This document shows, piece after piece, positions 41,924 through 52,286 of a stretch of DNA of 64,000 nt (the first letter of the stretch is position 1; the number at the start of each line of letters is the position of its first letter). The notes beneath the pieces are model-generated. The model was not told the DNA's origin, did not search any database, and saw nothing but the letters and a program-made list of their open reading frames with translations. The translations under genes were made by a program, and so were the position numbers. Origin of the DNA: Candidatus Cloacimonadales bacterium (lineage in GTDB: Bacteria > Cloacimonadota > Cloacimonadia > Cloacimonadales > JAIOQZ01); NCBI GenBank assembly GCA_963662655.2, contig CAXXTU010000001.1, positions 64,001 to 128,000 on the forward strand, written 5' to 3'.

Positions 41924-42049
41924 GGCGCGAGCAGGTTCGTTCGATCCGCTCTTCAGCGTGGTGTTTCACAGCGGAGTTTCAATATCAACTTCCTTTCGGA
42001 GCTGTGGTATATCCACGTTGAAGAGCGGATCGGGCGAAGATGCCGCGCC
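41924..42049 (+). repeat. Long-hairpin element family H, copy 1
   Basis: Nearly identical to 47027-47154; structurally homologous to 57393-57520. Confidence 0.85.
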
Positions 42050-42086
42050 GGAAAGCAAGTCACAAAAACCCTACTTCTCCCAAAGC

Positions 42087-44273
42087 CTATTTCAGCAGCA
42101 TCATCTTCCTGACGATGCTCTTTTCTCCTGATACCAGACGATAGAAATATACGCCCGATGCGGCCGATTTACCTATATCGTCTCGCCCATTCCACACAAC
42201 TTCGTGTTCTCCGGCCTGGAAATCGGGATAAGACATCACCTTCTGCCCTTTCAGATTATAAATGGTAAGATTTCCTACCTCTCCCCCGGCCACGCTGAAA
42301 GAAATGGTTGTGCTCGGATTGAACGGATTGGGGTAATTAGCATGAAGCGCTGTTACCGATTGAACCACCGGAATAACATCCTCATCTTCAACCGGTGAAA
42401 CATTCTGCCAGGCCAAGTAGGGGTACCCGTTGTTGAAGTCGCTCAACATCGACCAATAATCCGCATTACCGTTCCCGGTTTCGTTGACAAAATCCCATCC
42501 TGCATCGAGATAGGTGGATAACGTCTGCATTTCTTCCGTCGTGAGGCCCGTTCCGCCAGCGCTCTCGGATTGTCCGGAGCTCTCGATATTCCAGAATGAA
42601 TTATATATTCCGGCTTCGTTCACACTTCCGGCAAATCCGCCGACATCCTCGATACCGGATACACTTCCGACGCTATAGCATTTCGATATGGATGATTCCA
42701 TTCCCAGATGCCCGACAAAACCACCGCATATCCGATCTCCGTTTACCACCGATTCGCTGTATGAATTGCTGATGGAAGCCATAAAAGCTCTTCCGGTGAA
42801 GCCGCCGACGTATTCCTCACCCTCAACAAATCCGTCGCTGATACAATTATCCGTTGTCGAATAGCTACTATAACCCGCAAAACCGCCAACATACTCCGTT
42901 CCGGAAACTGTTCCGCCCCATTTACAGAAACGCACGATAGAACCTGAATCTTGAAGCCCAATGAATCCACCGACCTTGCTTTCTCCCTGAACATCGCTAT
43001 AACTATCGCAATGAACAACCGTTCCAACTCTATCAATCTTGCCGATAAAACCGCCAACATCAGTTGCGCCTCTCACATTTCCCGAACTCCAGCAATCCGT
43101 GACGATATACCCCCCGCAAGATCCAATAAACCCACCGACCATGTATCCACCAGCTACATCACCCGTGGCATAACAATCCCTAACGACATATGTCTCTTCA
43201 TCACAGGACAAAAGCCCCACAAAAGCTCCAACTGCTCTAATCGTACAATCGCCTGTTTCATCGTCAATATCACCAGTACTGTGGCAATTCTCAATTGTTG
43301 AGCGCTCAACAATTCCTGCGAAACCTCCAATACTAGCTTGATACCCGAACGAAAAACCTACAGAACAGATAAGATTACCTTCGCTGTAGCAGTCAGAGAT
43401 ATCGCTGGAACAAATCCTCCCAATGAAACCACCCACACTTCCAGATTGCCTCACAGCCAGAGGTATTGACATTGAAGAATAACATCCAATCACTTCACTA
43501 CTACCACACTGCCCGATAAAACCTCCAACACAAGAAAGGTAATCTGTATAATCGAATATTCCTGTACAGTAACAATTCTGGATTAAACTCGAGTATACCC
43601 AGGCGATCAAACCACCTGCGTATATAAATGCTCGATCCGGTCGAGATAAACCACCGGCAAGTAAACCATCCGTCCAGCAATCCAAGATCGTCGAGTTCGC
43701 ACATCTCCCAATTAACCCACCGACTTTGAAATCACTGTACATCTCACAACTGCTATGGCACCCGGAGATAACGCTTCCTGCAGAGCACTCGCCAATCAGA
43801 CCACCGGTAAATAATTGAGCCGACTGGCATATCCTGCCGCTGGTATTGCAGTTAATAACCTGAGAACTATCACACAGGCATATCATTCCGCCGATTATTT
43901 CATCCGCATCGATCATCAAGTTTGTCATGCCAAGGTTACGTATCTCCGCCTCGGATATCGTGCCGAACAATCCATTGCAATGCAGGCTGTCAATGACGTA
44001 CCCCATCCCGTTATAAACACCCGTGAAAGCGTTATATCCGGGCAAATTCGCAATGCGAACAAAGGGATCATCAATTGTTTCAGAGGCATTGATATCGCAA
44101 GTTTGAATGAAGCGCTTCGTCCAGCTCAGGCCCGTAACGCTCATCCACCGCAGATTGGCGAGAGACTCTATTTGATAGGGATTTTCAGATGTACCGTCAC
44201 CTTCCGGTTGGGTAATTTCAGCAAAGGCACTCACAGCAATCATTAGAATAAAAAGTACGACACCAGTTTTCAC
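42087..44273 (-). CDS. Secreted GLUG-repeat protein with FlgD-Ig/T9SS-A-like C-terminal domain
   Basis: Signal peptide; GDGTSENPYQI; many VGGFIG repeats; NYPNPFNPSTTI...SGVYFYRL...KMMLLK. Confidence 0.88.
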   Translation of the reverse strand: MKTGVVLFILMIAVSAFAEITQPEGDGTSENPYQIESLANLRWMSVTGLSWTKRFIQTCDINASETIDDPFVRIANLPGYNAFTGVYNGMGYVIDSLHCNGLFGTISEAEIRNLGMTNLMIDADEIIGGMICLCDSSQVINCNTSGRICQSAQLFTGGLIGECSAGSVISGCHSSCEMYSDFKVGGLIGRCANSTILDCWTDGLLAGGLSRPDRAFIYAGGLIAWVYSSLIQNCYCTGIFDYTDYLSCVGGFIGQCGSSEVIGCYSSMSIPLAVRQSGSVGGFIGRICSSDISDCYSEGNLICSVGFSFGYQASIGGFAGIVERSTIENCHSTGDIDDETGDCTIRAVGAFVGLLSCDEETYVVRDCYATGDVAGGYMVGGFIGSCGGYIVTDCWSSGNVRGATDVGGFIGKIDRVGTVVHCDSYSDVQGESKVGGFIGLQDSGSIVRFCKWGGTVSGTEYVGGFAGYSSYSTTDNCISDGFVEGEEYVGGFTGRAFMASISNSYSESVVNGDRICGGFVGHLGMESSISKCYSVGSVSGIEDVGGFAGSVNEAGIYNSFWNIESSGQSESAGGTGLTTEEMQTLSTYLDAGWDFVNETGNGNADYWSMLSDFNNGYPYLAWQNVSPVEDEDVIPVVQSVTALHANYPNPFNPSTTISFSVAGGEVGNLTIYNLKGQKVMSYPDFQAGEHEVVWNGRDDIGKSAASGVYFYRLVSGEKSIVRKMMLLK

Positions 44274-44298
44274 TTCTACCTCCCAGAGTTGAATCAGA

Positions 44299-46941
44299 TC
44301 ACTTCAGCAACATGATTTTTCGAACCAGGTTTTGCTTTTCTCCTTGCAAGCGACACAAATAGACACCCGATGCTACGGATTTTCCCACATCGTCTAGCCC
44401 ATTCCACACGATATCGTGTTCTCCGGAGTGGAATACGGAGAAATCCTTCACCTTCTGCCCCTTAAGATTATAGATGGCAAGACAGCCCGTCTCGCCATTG
44501 GCTACGCTGAAAGAAATGGTTGTGCTCGGGTTGAACGGATTGGGGTAATTGCCGCGCAAGGAAGTCGAGGACACCTTCAGCGCTATCCCTGGATCTTCCG
44601 CATCGAGGTATCCCTGCCAGCTAAGGAACGGATACCCGAAATTCACATTCGGGTTGAGTCCCCAGACATCGTCCAGCCCATTCACGCTTTCCCCCATGAA
44701 ATCCCATCCCGCAGCGATAAACGTATCCTGCACCATCATCTCGTGCGATGGCAATCCGGTCGCTCCGGCATCTTCACTCTGCCCGGAGGTTTCAATGTCC
44801 CAGAATGAATGGCTGATGGTCATCTCGTCCGCGCTTCCCGCGAATCCCCCGACTTGATCCTCGCCTGACACTTCCCCGATCGAATAGCATCGCGTGATCG
44901 CACACTCTCCAGCCACGGAACCGAGGAATCCGCCCACGTTGCTCTTCCCGATAACGCTCCCCTGAGAATAACAGTCGAGCACGTACGAATCTTCATTTAC
45001 CCTGCCGAGAAATCCCCCGACATAGTCGCTGGCCGCAACTTGCCCATCGATGTAGCATTGTTCGATAACTGATGATGAAACCTTGCCGATCATGATTCCC
45101 GCATTTTGCTGGGCCTCTACAGCGCCATCCATCATGCATTCACGCACGATGGTTTCGTATTGCGACGAACCGGCGAGAATCCCGACGTTCTCTCGTCCCG
45201 TAACGGAAGCTGAAACAATGCGGATGTTTTCTACCACTGCATGATCGAGCCTTGCGAAAAAGCCCTGGTAATCGGATTCAGGACGGTTGATAGTCAAATT
45301 GCTTAGCTGATACCCATTTCCGTCGTAGGATCCTCCGAATCGAATGTGTTCGTTACCAATCGGACTGAACCCTGTGTCGTTCAACCAGATGGATGCCTCG
45401 GATAGATCAATGTTATCCGTTTGCACAATATGCGACATCCACGCGCCTTCATTCACGCTCAGCCAGTACAGCTCATAGAGATCGCCGACAAGGAACGGCT
45501 CGTCCTCCGTCCCATCTCCCAGTGGTCGCACGGGAGGCTGGTGTTCGTATTCTTCGTAATACTTGGAGAATGGATAGCCGTTACTCACGGCAGGATTGAT
45601 TTTCCAACGATATGATCCTGAATCACTCTGAAAGAGCCATTCGAATGCCTGATAGGTTGCCGGATTCCTCATCTCGCAGGTCGTACGGGCATTTCCACCC
45701 GCGCTTGTGGATTGTCCCGATGCCTGCGCATCGTAAAATGTCTTCATTGTATAGCAATCGTTTTCTCTTTCGGCAGTTATCCCGCCCGTTACACCCAGTC
45801 CCGATACTCTTCCCGCGTTGTAACAGCGCTCGATCCGGCTACCAAAGAAATTCCTTCCGGATATTCCACCAATGTAGTTTTCGCCTTCCACACTACCAAG
45901 ATTGTAACTATAGAAGCAATCGGTTTCAAACGTGAGAACACCGGAGATTCCGCCAACGTCGATCGTTCCGATTACACGTCCATGGTTGTTACAATAATAA
46001 ACCACACCTGCGGTACTGTTTCCGAAAATTCCTCCGGTTTCCACTTCTCCAAGCACTTCTCCATGATTTGAGCATAGGTACATGTCATCATTGTTGCTGA
46101 AACCGACTACTCCACCGACTTTCTCAAGACCCCTAACAACCCCTGAATTGTCTATGTAACCGAACATACATACATGAGAATAGCCAGCAACTCCACCCAC
46201 AAGCGTATTTCCTGTCACATTTCCTTCGTTGTTGCAATAAAAAGTACTGCCGCTATTATAATATGATTCTCCGATCAACCCTCCGACTGATTGATTACCT
46301 GAAACCCAGCAATAATTAATCGAGGATTGCATATTAAAACCATACGCAAAGCCAATCATTCCACCAACCCGACAATCTCCGGCTATTTCACCCTCACTTG
46401 TACAATACAAAATAGATGTATAACGCATCTCTCCTACAAGTCCACCGACACTGCTATTGCCAGTAACCTCTCCCGCTAGAGTACATGATTCGATGTAAGA
46501 ATCTTGGCAGAATCCAATCATTCCCCCGACACAGCTATCGCCACGTACCGTGAAATCTACCAGATTCAGGCTATCGATTATCGCTTCCACCGCCACACCG
46601 AAAAGACCCTGATGTGTTGAATCGGGACGATCGATCACCAGGTTCATGATGGAATGCAGGTTGCCTTTGTAAACGCCGGTAAATGCCATATCTTCACTGC
46701 AACCTATCGGTGAAAAGCCAGCGCCGTCGTTCCAATTCTCCGTATCGGAAGCATCGATGTCCGCAACCTGACTGAAATGCGACGACCAACAGCTATCGGT
46801 CGTGCTTACCCACAAGAGATTGTCCAGCGTTTCAATCTGATAAGGATCCGCCTCCGTTCCCAGACCATCGGGGTGTGCCCCATCCGAATATACATACACA
46901 CAAAGCGCTACCATAAGCATAAACAATATCAATCGGCGCAC
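44299..46941 (-). CDS. Secreted GLUG-repeat protein (two GLUG modules) with FlgD-Ig/T9SS-A-like C-terminal domain
   Basis: GTG start after GGAGG; two GxGTxxxP(Y/F) modules; VGG repeats; NYPNPFNP...KIMLLK. Confidence 0.88.
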   Translation of the reverse strand: MRRLILFMLMVALCVYVYSDGAHPDGLGTEADPYQIETLDNLLWVSTTDSCWSSHFSQVADIDASDTENWNDGAGFSPIGCSEDMAFTGVYKGNLHSIMNLVIDRPDSTHQGLFGVAVEAIIDSLNLVDFTVRGDSCVGGMIGFCQDSYIESCTLAGEVTGNSSVGGLVGEMRYTSILYCTSEGEIAGDCRVGGMIGFAYGFNMQSSINYCWVSGNQSVGGLIGESYYNSGSTFYCNNEGNVTGNTLVGGVAGYSHVCMFGYIDNSGVVRGLEKVGGVVGFSNNDDMYLCSNHGEVLGEVETGGIFGNSTAGVVYYCNNHGRVIGTIDVGGISGVLTFETDCFYSYNLGSVEGENYIGGISGRNFFGSRIERCYNAGRVSGLGVTGGITAERENDCYTMKTFYDAQASGQSTSAGGNARTTCEMRNPATYQAFEWLFQSDSGSYRWKINPAVSNGYPFSKYYEEYEHQPPVRPLGDGTEDEPFLVGDLYELYWLSVNEGAWMSHIVQTDNIDLSEASIWLNDTGFSPIGNEHIRFGGSYDGNGYQLSNLTINRPESDYQGFFARLDHAVVENIRIVSASVTGRENVGILAGSSQYETIVRECMMDGAVEAQQNAGIMIGKVSSSVIEQCYIDGQVAASDYVGGFLGRVNEDSYVLDCYSQGSVIGKSNVGGFLGSVAGECAITRCYSIGEVSGEDQVGGFAGSADEMTISHSFWDIETSGQSEDAGATGLPSHEMMVQDTFIAAGWDFMGESVNGLDDVWGLNPNVNFGYPFLSWQGYLDAEDPGIALKVSSTSLRGNYPNPFNPSTTISFSVANGETGCLAIYNLKGQKVKDFSVFHSGEHDIVWNGLDDVGKSVASGVYLCRLQGEKQNLVRKIMLLK

Positions 46942-47026
46942 AATTCCTCCCTTACCAGTTGATCCGGCTACCGTTACGAACAATGATTACCCGATTGTAA
47001 CTTGTCTTGTCAAGTAATTAAGCAGA

Positions 47027-47154
47027 GGCGGGAGCAGGTTCGTTTGATCCGCTCTTCAGCGTGGTGTTTCACAGCGGAGATTTTTATCATCAATCTCCTT
47101 TCGGAGCTGTGGTATATCCACGGTGAAGAGCGGATCGGGCGAAGATGCCACGCC
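47027..47154 (+). repeat. Long-hairpin element family H, copy 2
   Basis: Direct repeat of 41924-42049. Confidence 0.85.
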
Positions 47155-47182
47155 GGTCGGACATTGCCCGGCTTACCCGGAC

Positions 47183-47210
47183 AAAAAAAAGCCCGTCGAA
47201 ACGGGCTTTG
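47183..47210 (-). terminator. Intrinsic terminator (UUCG loop on the minus strand)
   Basis: aaagcccgt-ttcg-acgggc followed by T8 on the minus strand. Confidence 0.85.
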
Positions 47211-47232
47211 AAAAATCTCGCATTGCTTGCGG

Positions 47233-47856
47233 TTAAAAATCGTCTGTGTTCATCTGATCCATTTTCTGAAGCGCGCGATCGATCATCTCTTGCTCTTTCT
47301 GATCCTGAAGCTTCGCCTTCTCCTGATTGAGGATATTCTCCATCAATTGTTTCGGATATTCCTTCGGAACCATGTAACGGCAGTAGGCGATATAATAGTA
47401 ATCGAACTTCCCGTCCGATTTCTTCTTCCATTTCTGCACATAGTATTCCTGAGGCTCTCCCACCGAGATTCCCGACGCTTGAATCCTACTCATCTCATCG
47501 CGTACTACGGCCGGTGCTAGAATGTTGTTCCCCATATCTACAGAAGAAACCACTTCATCGATTTTACTCTTCACATATACGCCCAACGCTTCGACCGCCT
47601 GACGATAAGCGTCCCTACGTGCATCGGATCGGGCGTCCTGTTCCATGCTGTGCTGACGTGACACGCCGATGAAAGCTTTTTCCTCATCGGTGGAAGCTTT
47701 TTCCGGTGTCTGTGCCCAGGAGGGCATCGATCCACCCTCGACCTGTATCGCCTCCCCTTCGGCCATTTCTTTATTGCCTGCGCATCCCCAAAATGCTGTG
47801 AATGCGATGAATAGCGCCATCCAAGCAAGCCACGTAATACGTGCGGATAACTTCAT
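47233..47856 (-). CDS. Hypothetical lipoprotein (LPP20-like)
   Basis: Lipobox FWGC, PSWA motif. Confidence 0.7.
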   Translation of the reverse strand: MKLSARITWLAWMALFIAFTAFWGCAGNKEMAEGEAIQVEGGSMPSWAQTPEKASTDEEKAFIGVSRQHSMEQDARSDARRDAYRQAVEALGVYVKSKIDEVVSSVDMGNNILAPAVVRDEMSRIQASGISVGEPQEYYVQKWKKKSDGKFDYYYIAYCRYMVPKEYPKQLMENILNQEKAKLQDQKEQEMIDRALQKMDQMNTDDF

Positions 47857-47925
47857 GATTCCTCCTGTTATCGTTTCGTGATTCTGTTTCTCAATGTACT
47901 CTTTTGCAAACGTTATGCCAAATTC

Positions 47926-48651
47926 TTACTTACCGGCATACATTGCTTGCGCTTTCTCCAAATCTTCAGGCGTATCGATTCCGATTCCACGATACTCCGA
48001 ACACACGGTCCGAATGGCAATACCGTTCTCCAGCAGTCTAAGTTGCTCCAGGCTTTCGGCCAGTTCCAGTTTACCCGGCGACAGTGAGACAAATTCAAGG
48101 AGCGCTTCCTTCCGGTAGGCATAAACGCCGATGTGCCGATAGTAGTCGGGAACATAGTCCCGCGCCCGATTGGGAATTGCACTCCTGGAGAAATAAATCG
48201 CGTCGCCATTGGAAGCCGCGACAACCTTCACGACATTGGGATTATGCAGATCGTCCAAATTCTCCAGCTTGTGAATGAGCGTTCCCACCTTTACAGAGCC
48301 ATCCTCAAAAGCCGCAAGCAGCTTCTTCAGCGGCTTCCTTGATATGAACGGCTCATCGCCCTGAACGTTGAATACCACATCGCAATCGATATCTCTCACC
48401 ACCTCGGCAATTCGGTCGGTCCCACTACGATGCTCCGCTGAGGTCAATGCCGCTTTACCCCCGGATTTCACAACCGTATCGAAAATTCTTTGGTCGTCCG
48501 TCGCGACAATGACATCCGAAAACAGCTCGGTATCAACAACAGCCTGATACACTCGGATAATCATTGGAAGACCGCCAAGCAGTTCAAGGGGCTTTCCCGG
48601 AAATCGGCTTGAATCATATCGGGCAGGAATTACTGCTAATGTTCGAATCAT
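47926..48651 (-). CDS. kdsB: 3-deoxy-manno-octulosonate cytidylyltransferase
   Basis: IPARYDSSRFPGKPL, SGTDR, NVQGDEP, LEQLRLLENG. Confidence 0.96.
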   Translation of the reverse strand: MIRTLAVIPARYDSSRFPGKPLELLGGLPMIIRVYQAVVDTELFSDVIVATDDQRIFDTVVKSGGKAALTSAEHRSGTDRIAEVVRDIDCDVVFNVQGDEPFISRKPLKKLLAAFEDGSVKVGTLIHKLENLDDLHNPNVVKVVAASNGDAIYFSRSAIPNRARDYVPDYYRHIGVYAYRKEALLEFVSLSPGKLELAESLEQLRLLENGIAIRTVCSEYRGIGIDTPEDLEKAQAMYAGK

Positions 48652-49472
48652 TGTTCCATCCCCATTTCCACATGCACTGTGTAGCTGAAAAGATTGTTAT
48701 TGTAATTACGTTGAACATGCAGCCGGTTGAGCGTCAAACCATCCAACTGCACAACCGTCTCTATTGCTGTGGCCTGATGTGTCTTGCTATAATCATCGGT
48801 GACTTCGTACTCCTTGAGGGCCTCCACTTTCTTCAGCTTGTACCGGGCAAGCTGCAAACGCGCGTCAATCAACGCCTCCTCGTAAGCCCTTATCAAGTCC
48901 TGGTCTCTGTACGTTGCAACGGACGAGACGTACCCGTCCATTTCTTCCACGGCAAGCCGGTCGATCCATTCTGGCTCGGTGTGAGGTTCAAACGTGACGA
49001 TTGTTGTATCCACATCCGTTGAAAGGTCGGAGAATAGACAGATGTGGTAACAATCCAGATCGAAATCCTCCACACAGCGTAATGCGTCAAAGAGCTTGCG
49101 TGCGTTGGGCGAGGAGCTTACATTGACCTCGAACTGCGCCTTCGAATCCTGCTCGATGTAATCTGAACGATCCGAGATAAGAATATCCTTTTTCACGTTG
49201 TACGAACTCCGGTTACGCGAAAGGATCACAGCCGCCTGATTCTTCGCGCTTGTTTCAGCGCTGTCAGGATTCATATCGCAATAGGATATGCCAATTACGT
49301 GATGAGCCGTGGCCGGCGGATTCAGAAACCAACTCGGTAAAGAGAGTTCAGGATTGGCGACTTCAATCTTCTGCTGATCACGAGCTGCCGGGACATAACT
49401 TTTGGGAGTACTGCTGCATCCACCGATCATGAGAGTTACTGAGACAAGAATCAGAATGATACGTCTCATCAT
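48648..49472 (-). CDS. Hypothetical lipoprotein
   Basis: Lipobox IGGC, PSWF motif; overlaps mnmG and kdsB. Confidence 0.7.
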   Translation of the reverse strand: MMRRIILILVSVTLMIGGCSSTPKSYVPAARDQQKIEVANPELSLPSWFLNPPATAHHVIGISYCDMNPDSAETSAKNQAAVILSRNRSSYNVKKDILISDRSDYIEQDSKAQFEVNVSSSPNARKLFDALRCVEDFDLDCYHICLFSDLSTDVDTTIVTFEPHTEPEWIDRLAVEEMDGYVSSVATYRDQDLIRAYEEALIDARLQLARYKLKKVEALKEYEVTDDYSKTHQATAIETVVQLDGLTLNRLHVQRNYNNNLFSYTVHVEMGMEQ

Positions 49473-51328
49473 GATTCATCCTTTTTGTATCGTTGTTTTC
49501 TGATATAGACCATTAACGCCGTTACGTCCGTGCGATTTACGCCCGATATCCTCGCGGCCTGCCCAAGCGAACGCGGCTTTTTCTTTCTCAGCTTTTCGCG
49601 CGCTTCCCAAGCGACGGTCTCGATCGACATATAGTCGATGCCTTCCGGCAAAAGCTGCTCTTCCATCTCTTCGAATCTGCGAATATCCTGCAACTGTCTC
49701 TGAAGATAACCCTCGTATTTGCATTCGATGGATATCCTCTCCTTGATCGCGCGCGTTACATCCGCCGGAATTTGATAACCGAATCGGGTCAGGTCGTCAA
49801 ACTCGATCTCGGGACGCTTGAGAATATTGTAAAATTTCACAGGTTCTTTGAGGAAATCCGTGACCGTTGTGTTCTTCGTTTTCAGAATATCAAGTTCGCG
49901 CTCCTTGATCTTCAGGGTCTCAAGATACCTCTGCCAGCGTACGTCTTCCACGAGTCCAAGCTTGTACCCCAGAGGCATCAAACGCTCGTCCGCGTTGTCC
50001 TGGCGAAGGAAGAGGCGGTATTCCGCTCGCGATGTAAAGAGGCGGTAGGGTTCTTCCGTTCCGCGAGTTACGAGGTCGTCAATCAGCACGCCAATATACG
50101 ATTTTGAGCGATCGAAGATAACGGGATCCTTGCGATCGAGGGTGAGAACCGCGTTGATCGCGGCGACCAAACCTTGTGCTGCGGCCTCTTCATAGCCGGA
50201 AGTTCCATTTATCTGCCCGGCGAGGTACAGGCCCTCGATGGTTCGCGTCTCGAGCGTCGAAGTGATTTCAGAAGGAATCACGATATCGTATTCGATGGCG
50301 TAGGCATAGCGGATCACTTTCGCGTTTTCGAGTCCTTCCACCGTTGCCAGCGCTTCTTTCTGGATTTGGGGCGGTAAACTGTTGGATATGCCGTTGACAT
50401 ACGCTTCGTGCGTGTGTTCGCCCTCCGGTTCGATGAAAAGCTGGTGCCTTGGTTTGTCGCGGAATTTCACGATTTTATCTTCCACCGACGGGCAGTACCG
50501 CGGCCCCACGCCGCTGATGTTCCCACCATAGAGCGAGGAACGCTTCAGGTTCTCTTCGATGATACGGTGCGTTTGTTCGTTGGTGTACGTAAGCCAGCAA
50601 CTAACCTTGTTGTGCAGCGGGATATCGCGGTAGAAAGTAAACCCCTCCGGATCCGGGTCGCCTGGTTGTTCCTCGAGTCTGGACAGGTCAACCGTACGCA
50701 AATCGACTCTCGGCGGCGTTCCGGTCTTGAAACGGGCCGTCTGCAAACCGAGTTTCTCGAGCGAACCTGTCAGGACGTTCGCTGCCGGTTCACCCGAGCG
50801 GCCTCCGCTGAAATTCACGTCTCCAACATGGATCGTTCCGCGCAAAAAGGTACCGGTTGCAACGATTACTCGTGGTGCGAAATAGTCCTCGCCCAGATGC
50901 GATCGCACGCCAACAACTTTCTTCCCGGAGCTATCGACAAGAATTTCGTCGATGATCGATTCCTTGATGTCCAATCCCGGCTGGTTCTCCAGGCTCATCC
51001 GCATTTCGATGGAGTACTGCAATCGATCGTTCTGCGAGCGCGGCGCCCAAACCGCCGGTCCCTTCTTCCGATTCAGCATTCTGAACTGGATGCCTGTCAT
51101 ATCACCGATTTTGCCGATCTCACCGCCCAAAGCGTCCAACTCGCGCGCCAAATGACCTTTCGCCGGTCCACCCAGCGAAGGATTGCAAGACATCCGACCG
51201 ATGCTTTCGAATTTTACAACGAAAACGAGCGTCGAAGCACCCATCCTCGCCGAAGCGAGCGCTGCCTCGCAGCCGGCGTGACCCGCGCCAATCACTATTA
51301 CATCGTATTTTCTGTTATTCACTGCCAT
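49469..51328 (-). CDS. mnmG: tRNA uridine 5-carboxymethylaminomethyl modification enzyme MnmG/GidA
   Basis: GAGHAGCEAA, MSCNPS, GPRYCPSVEDK, AGQINGTSGYEEAAAQG. Confidence 0.98.
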   Translation of the reverse strand: MAVNNRKYDVIVIGAGHAGCEAALASARMGASTLVFVVKFESIGRMSCNPSLGGPAKGHLARELDALGGEIGKIGDMTGIQFRMLNRKKGPAVWAPRSQNDRLQYSIEMRMSLENQPGLDIKESIIDEILVDSSGKKVVGVRSHLGEDYFAPRVIVATGTFLRGTIHVGDVNFSGGRSGEPAANVLTGSLEKLGLQTARFKTGTPPRVDLRTVDLSRLEEQPGDPDPEGFTFYRDIPLHNKVSCWLTYTNEQTHRIIEENLKRSSLYGGNISGVGPRYCPSVEDKIVKFRDKPRHQLFIEPEGEHTHEAYVNGISNSLPPQIQKEALATVEGLENAKVIRYAYAIEYDIVIPSEITSTLETRTIEGLYLAGQINGTSGYEEAAAQGLVAAINAVLTLDRKDPVIFDRSKSYIGVLIDDLVTRGTEEPYRLFTSRAEYRLFLRQDNADERLMPLGYKLGLVEDVRWQRYLETLKIKERELDILKTKNTTVTDFLKEPVKFYNILKRPEIEFDDLTRFGYQIPADVTRAIKERISIECKYEGYLQRQLQDIRRFEEMEEQLLPEGIDYMSIETVAWEAREKLRKKKPRSLGQAARISGVNRTDVTALMVYIRKQRYKKDES

Positions 51329-51434
51329 TTGTTCCTCAAGAATTTTAGGTTCTCCTTCTGTGCATTATTGTCAACAGAATTCGCTTTCGTCATGCGATCG
51401 GGCCCCGTGCTTCAAAGTCGTTCAGCGTACTCCC

Positions 51435-51546
51435 GCGCGGCGGCGGCGTTGGACGCCAAAGGCGTCCTCGAAAGTTCCCGATGTTGCTTTGCCCTGAGCA
51501 ACATCGGGAACCTTCGGTGCGCGAAGCGCACACGCCGCCGCCGCGC
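51435..51546. repeat. Four-way-junction palindromic element, copy B
   Basis: Perfect 15-bp closing stem gcgcggcggcggcgt/acgccgccgccgcgc enclosing three hairpins. Confidence 0.75.
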
Positions 51547-51599
51547 TGAGCGGGGCACAAACTCCGCAACCTGCACCTCGTGGATCAAGCAGGCCCAAT

Positions 51600-51627
51600 A
51601 ATGAACTCGTTCATTTTTATCTTGACA
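51600..51627 (+). promoter_or_regulatory. Putative TetR operator next to the -35 of the tetR promoter
   Basis: Palindrome AATGAAC-TC-GTTCATT (51600-51615) just upstream of TTGACA (51622). Confidence 0.5.
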
Positions 51628-51673
51628 AGATGGAATCCGCCTGCTCATCTTGTCGACAGATAAAGGAGATTCG

Positions 51674-52273
51674 ATGCAAACGAAGAAGACCGAGCTTGAA
51701 GAGAAGATACTGAATGCAGCTCGCAGAGCTTTCCTGAGTGATGGCTACGACAAGAGCAGCCTGCGCAGGATAGCGAAGGAAGTTGGGATCACGGTCGGCA
51801 ACCTTTACCACTATTTCAAGAACAAGGACGACCTCTACATGACCGTTTTTCTCGAGTTCAACGAGAAACGCCTGGAGTGGGTCTTCGAGAAGATAAGTCA
51901 CGGCAGGGATCCCATCGAGCAGCTCCGTTTGTACGGCAAGGCGCAGCTCGAATACATACGCGAGCACCCCGACGAATTCCGTCTCGCGATGCAGTACGAC
52001 CACCACGGCATTAACGAGGATGCGCTTTCCGAGGAGGTCGACGCGGCCTTCGAGCGCCAGAAAAAGCCCTATATTAGTCGATTCAAATCTATATTCGACG
52101 AGGGAAAAAAGCTCGGACAAATCCGCACGGATTACAGCACCGACATGCTGATTCAGTGGGTCAGCATGACACTGCGCCTGATCCTCAACGAAGTCGTAGT
52201 CCTGGGATATTTCGACGACTCGTTCTACCAGAGCTATGTCAATTTCCTCATCGACGCAATCCAGCCACGCTAA
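51674..52273 (+). CDS. TetR/AcrR family transcriptional regulator
   Basis: ILNAARRAFLSDGYDKSSLRRIAKEVGITVGNLYHYFKNKDDL HTH. Confidence 0.93.
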   Translation: MQTKKTELEEKILNAARRAFLSDGYDKSSLRRIAKEVGITVGNLYHYFKNKDDLYMTVFLEFNEKRLEWVFEKISHGRDPIEQLRLYGKAQLEYIREHPDEFRLAMQYDHHGINEDALSEEVDAAFERQKKPYISRFKSIFDEGKKLGQIRTDYSTDMLIQWVSMTLRLILNEVVVLGYFDDSFYQSYVNFLIDAIQPR

Positions 52274-52286
52274 GTAAGGAGGCACT

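Noticed and set aside
50408..51601. Long antisense ORFs (also 12551-13627, 19047-20075, 29929-30972, 58810-60012, 345-1013)
   Set aside because: Shadows of well-supported genes on the opposite strand, expected from codon bias; no motifs.
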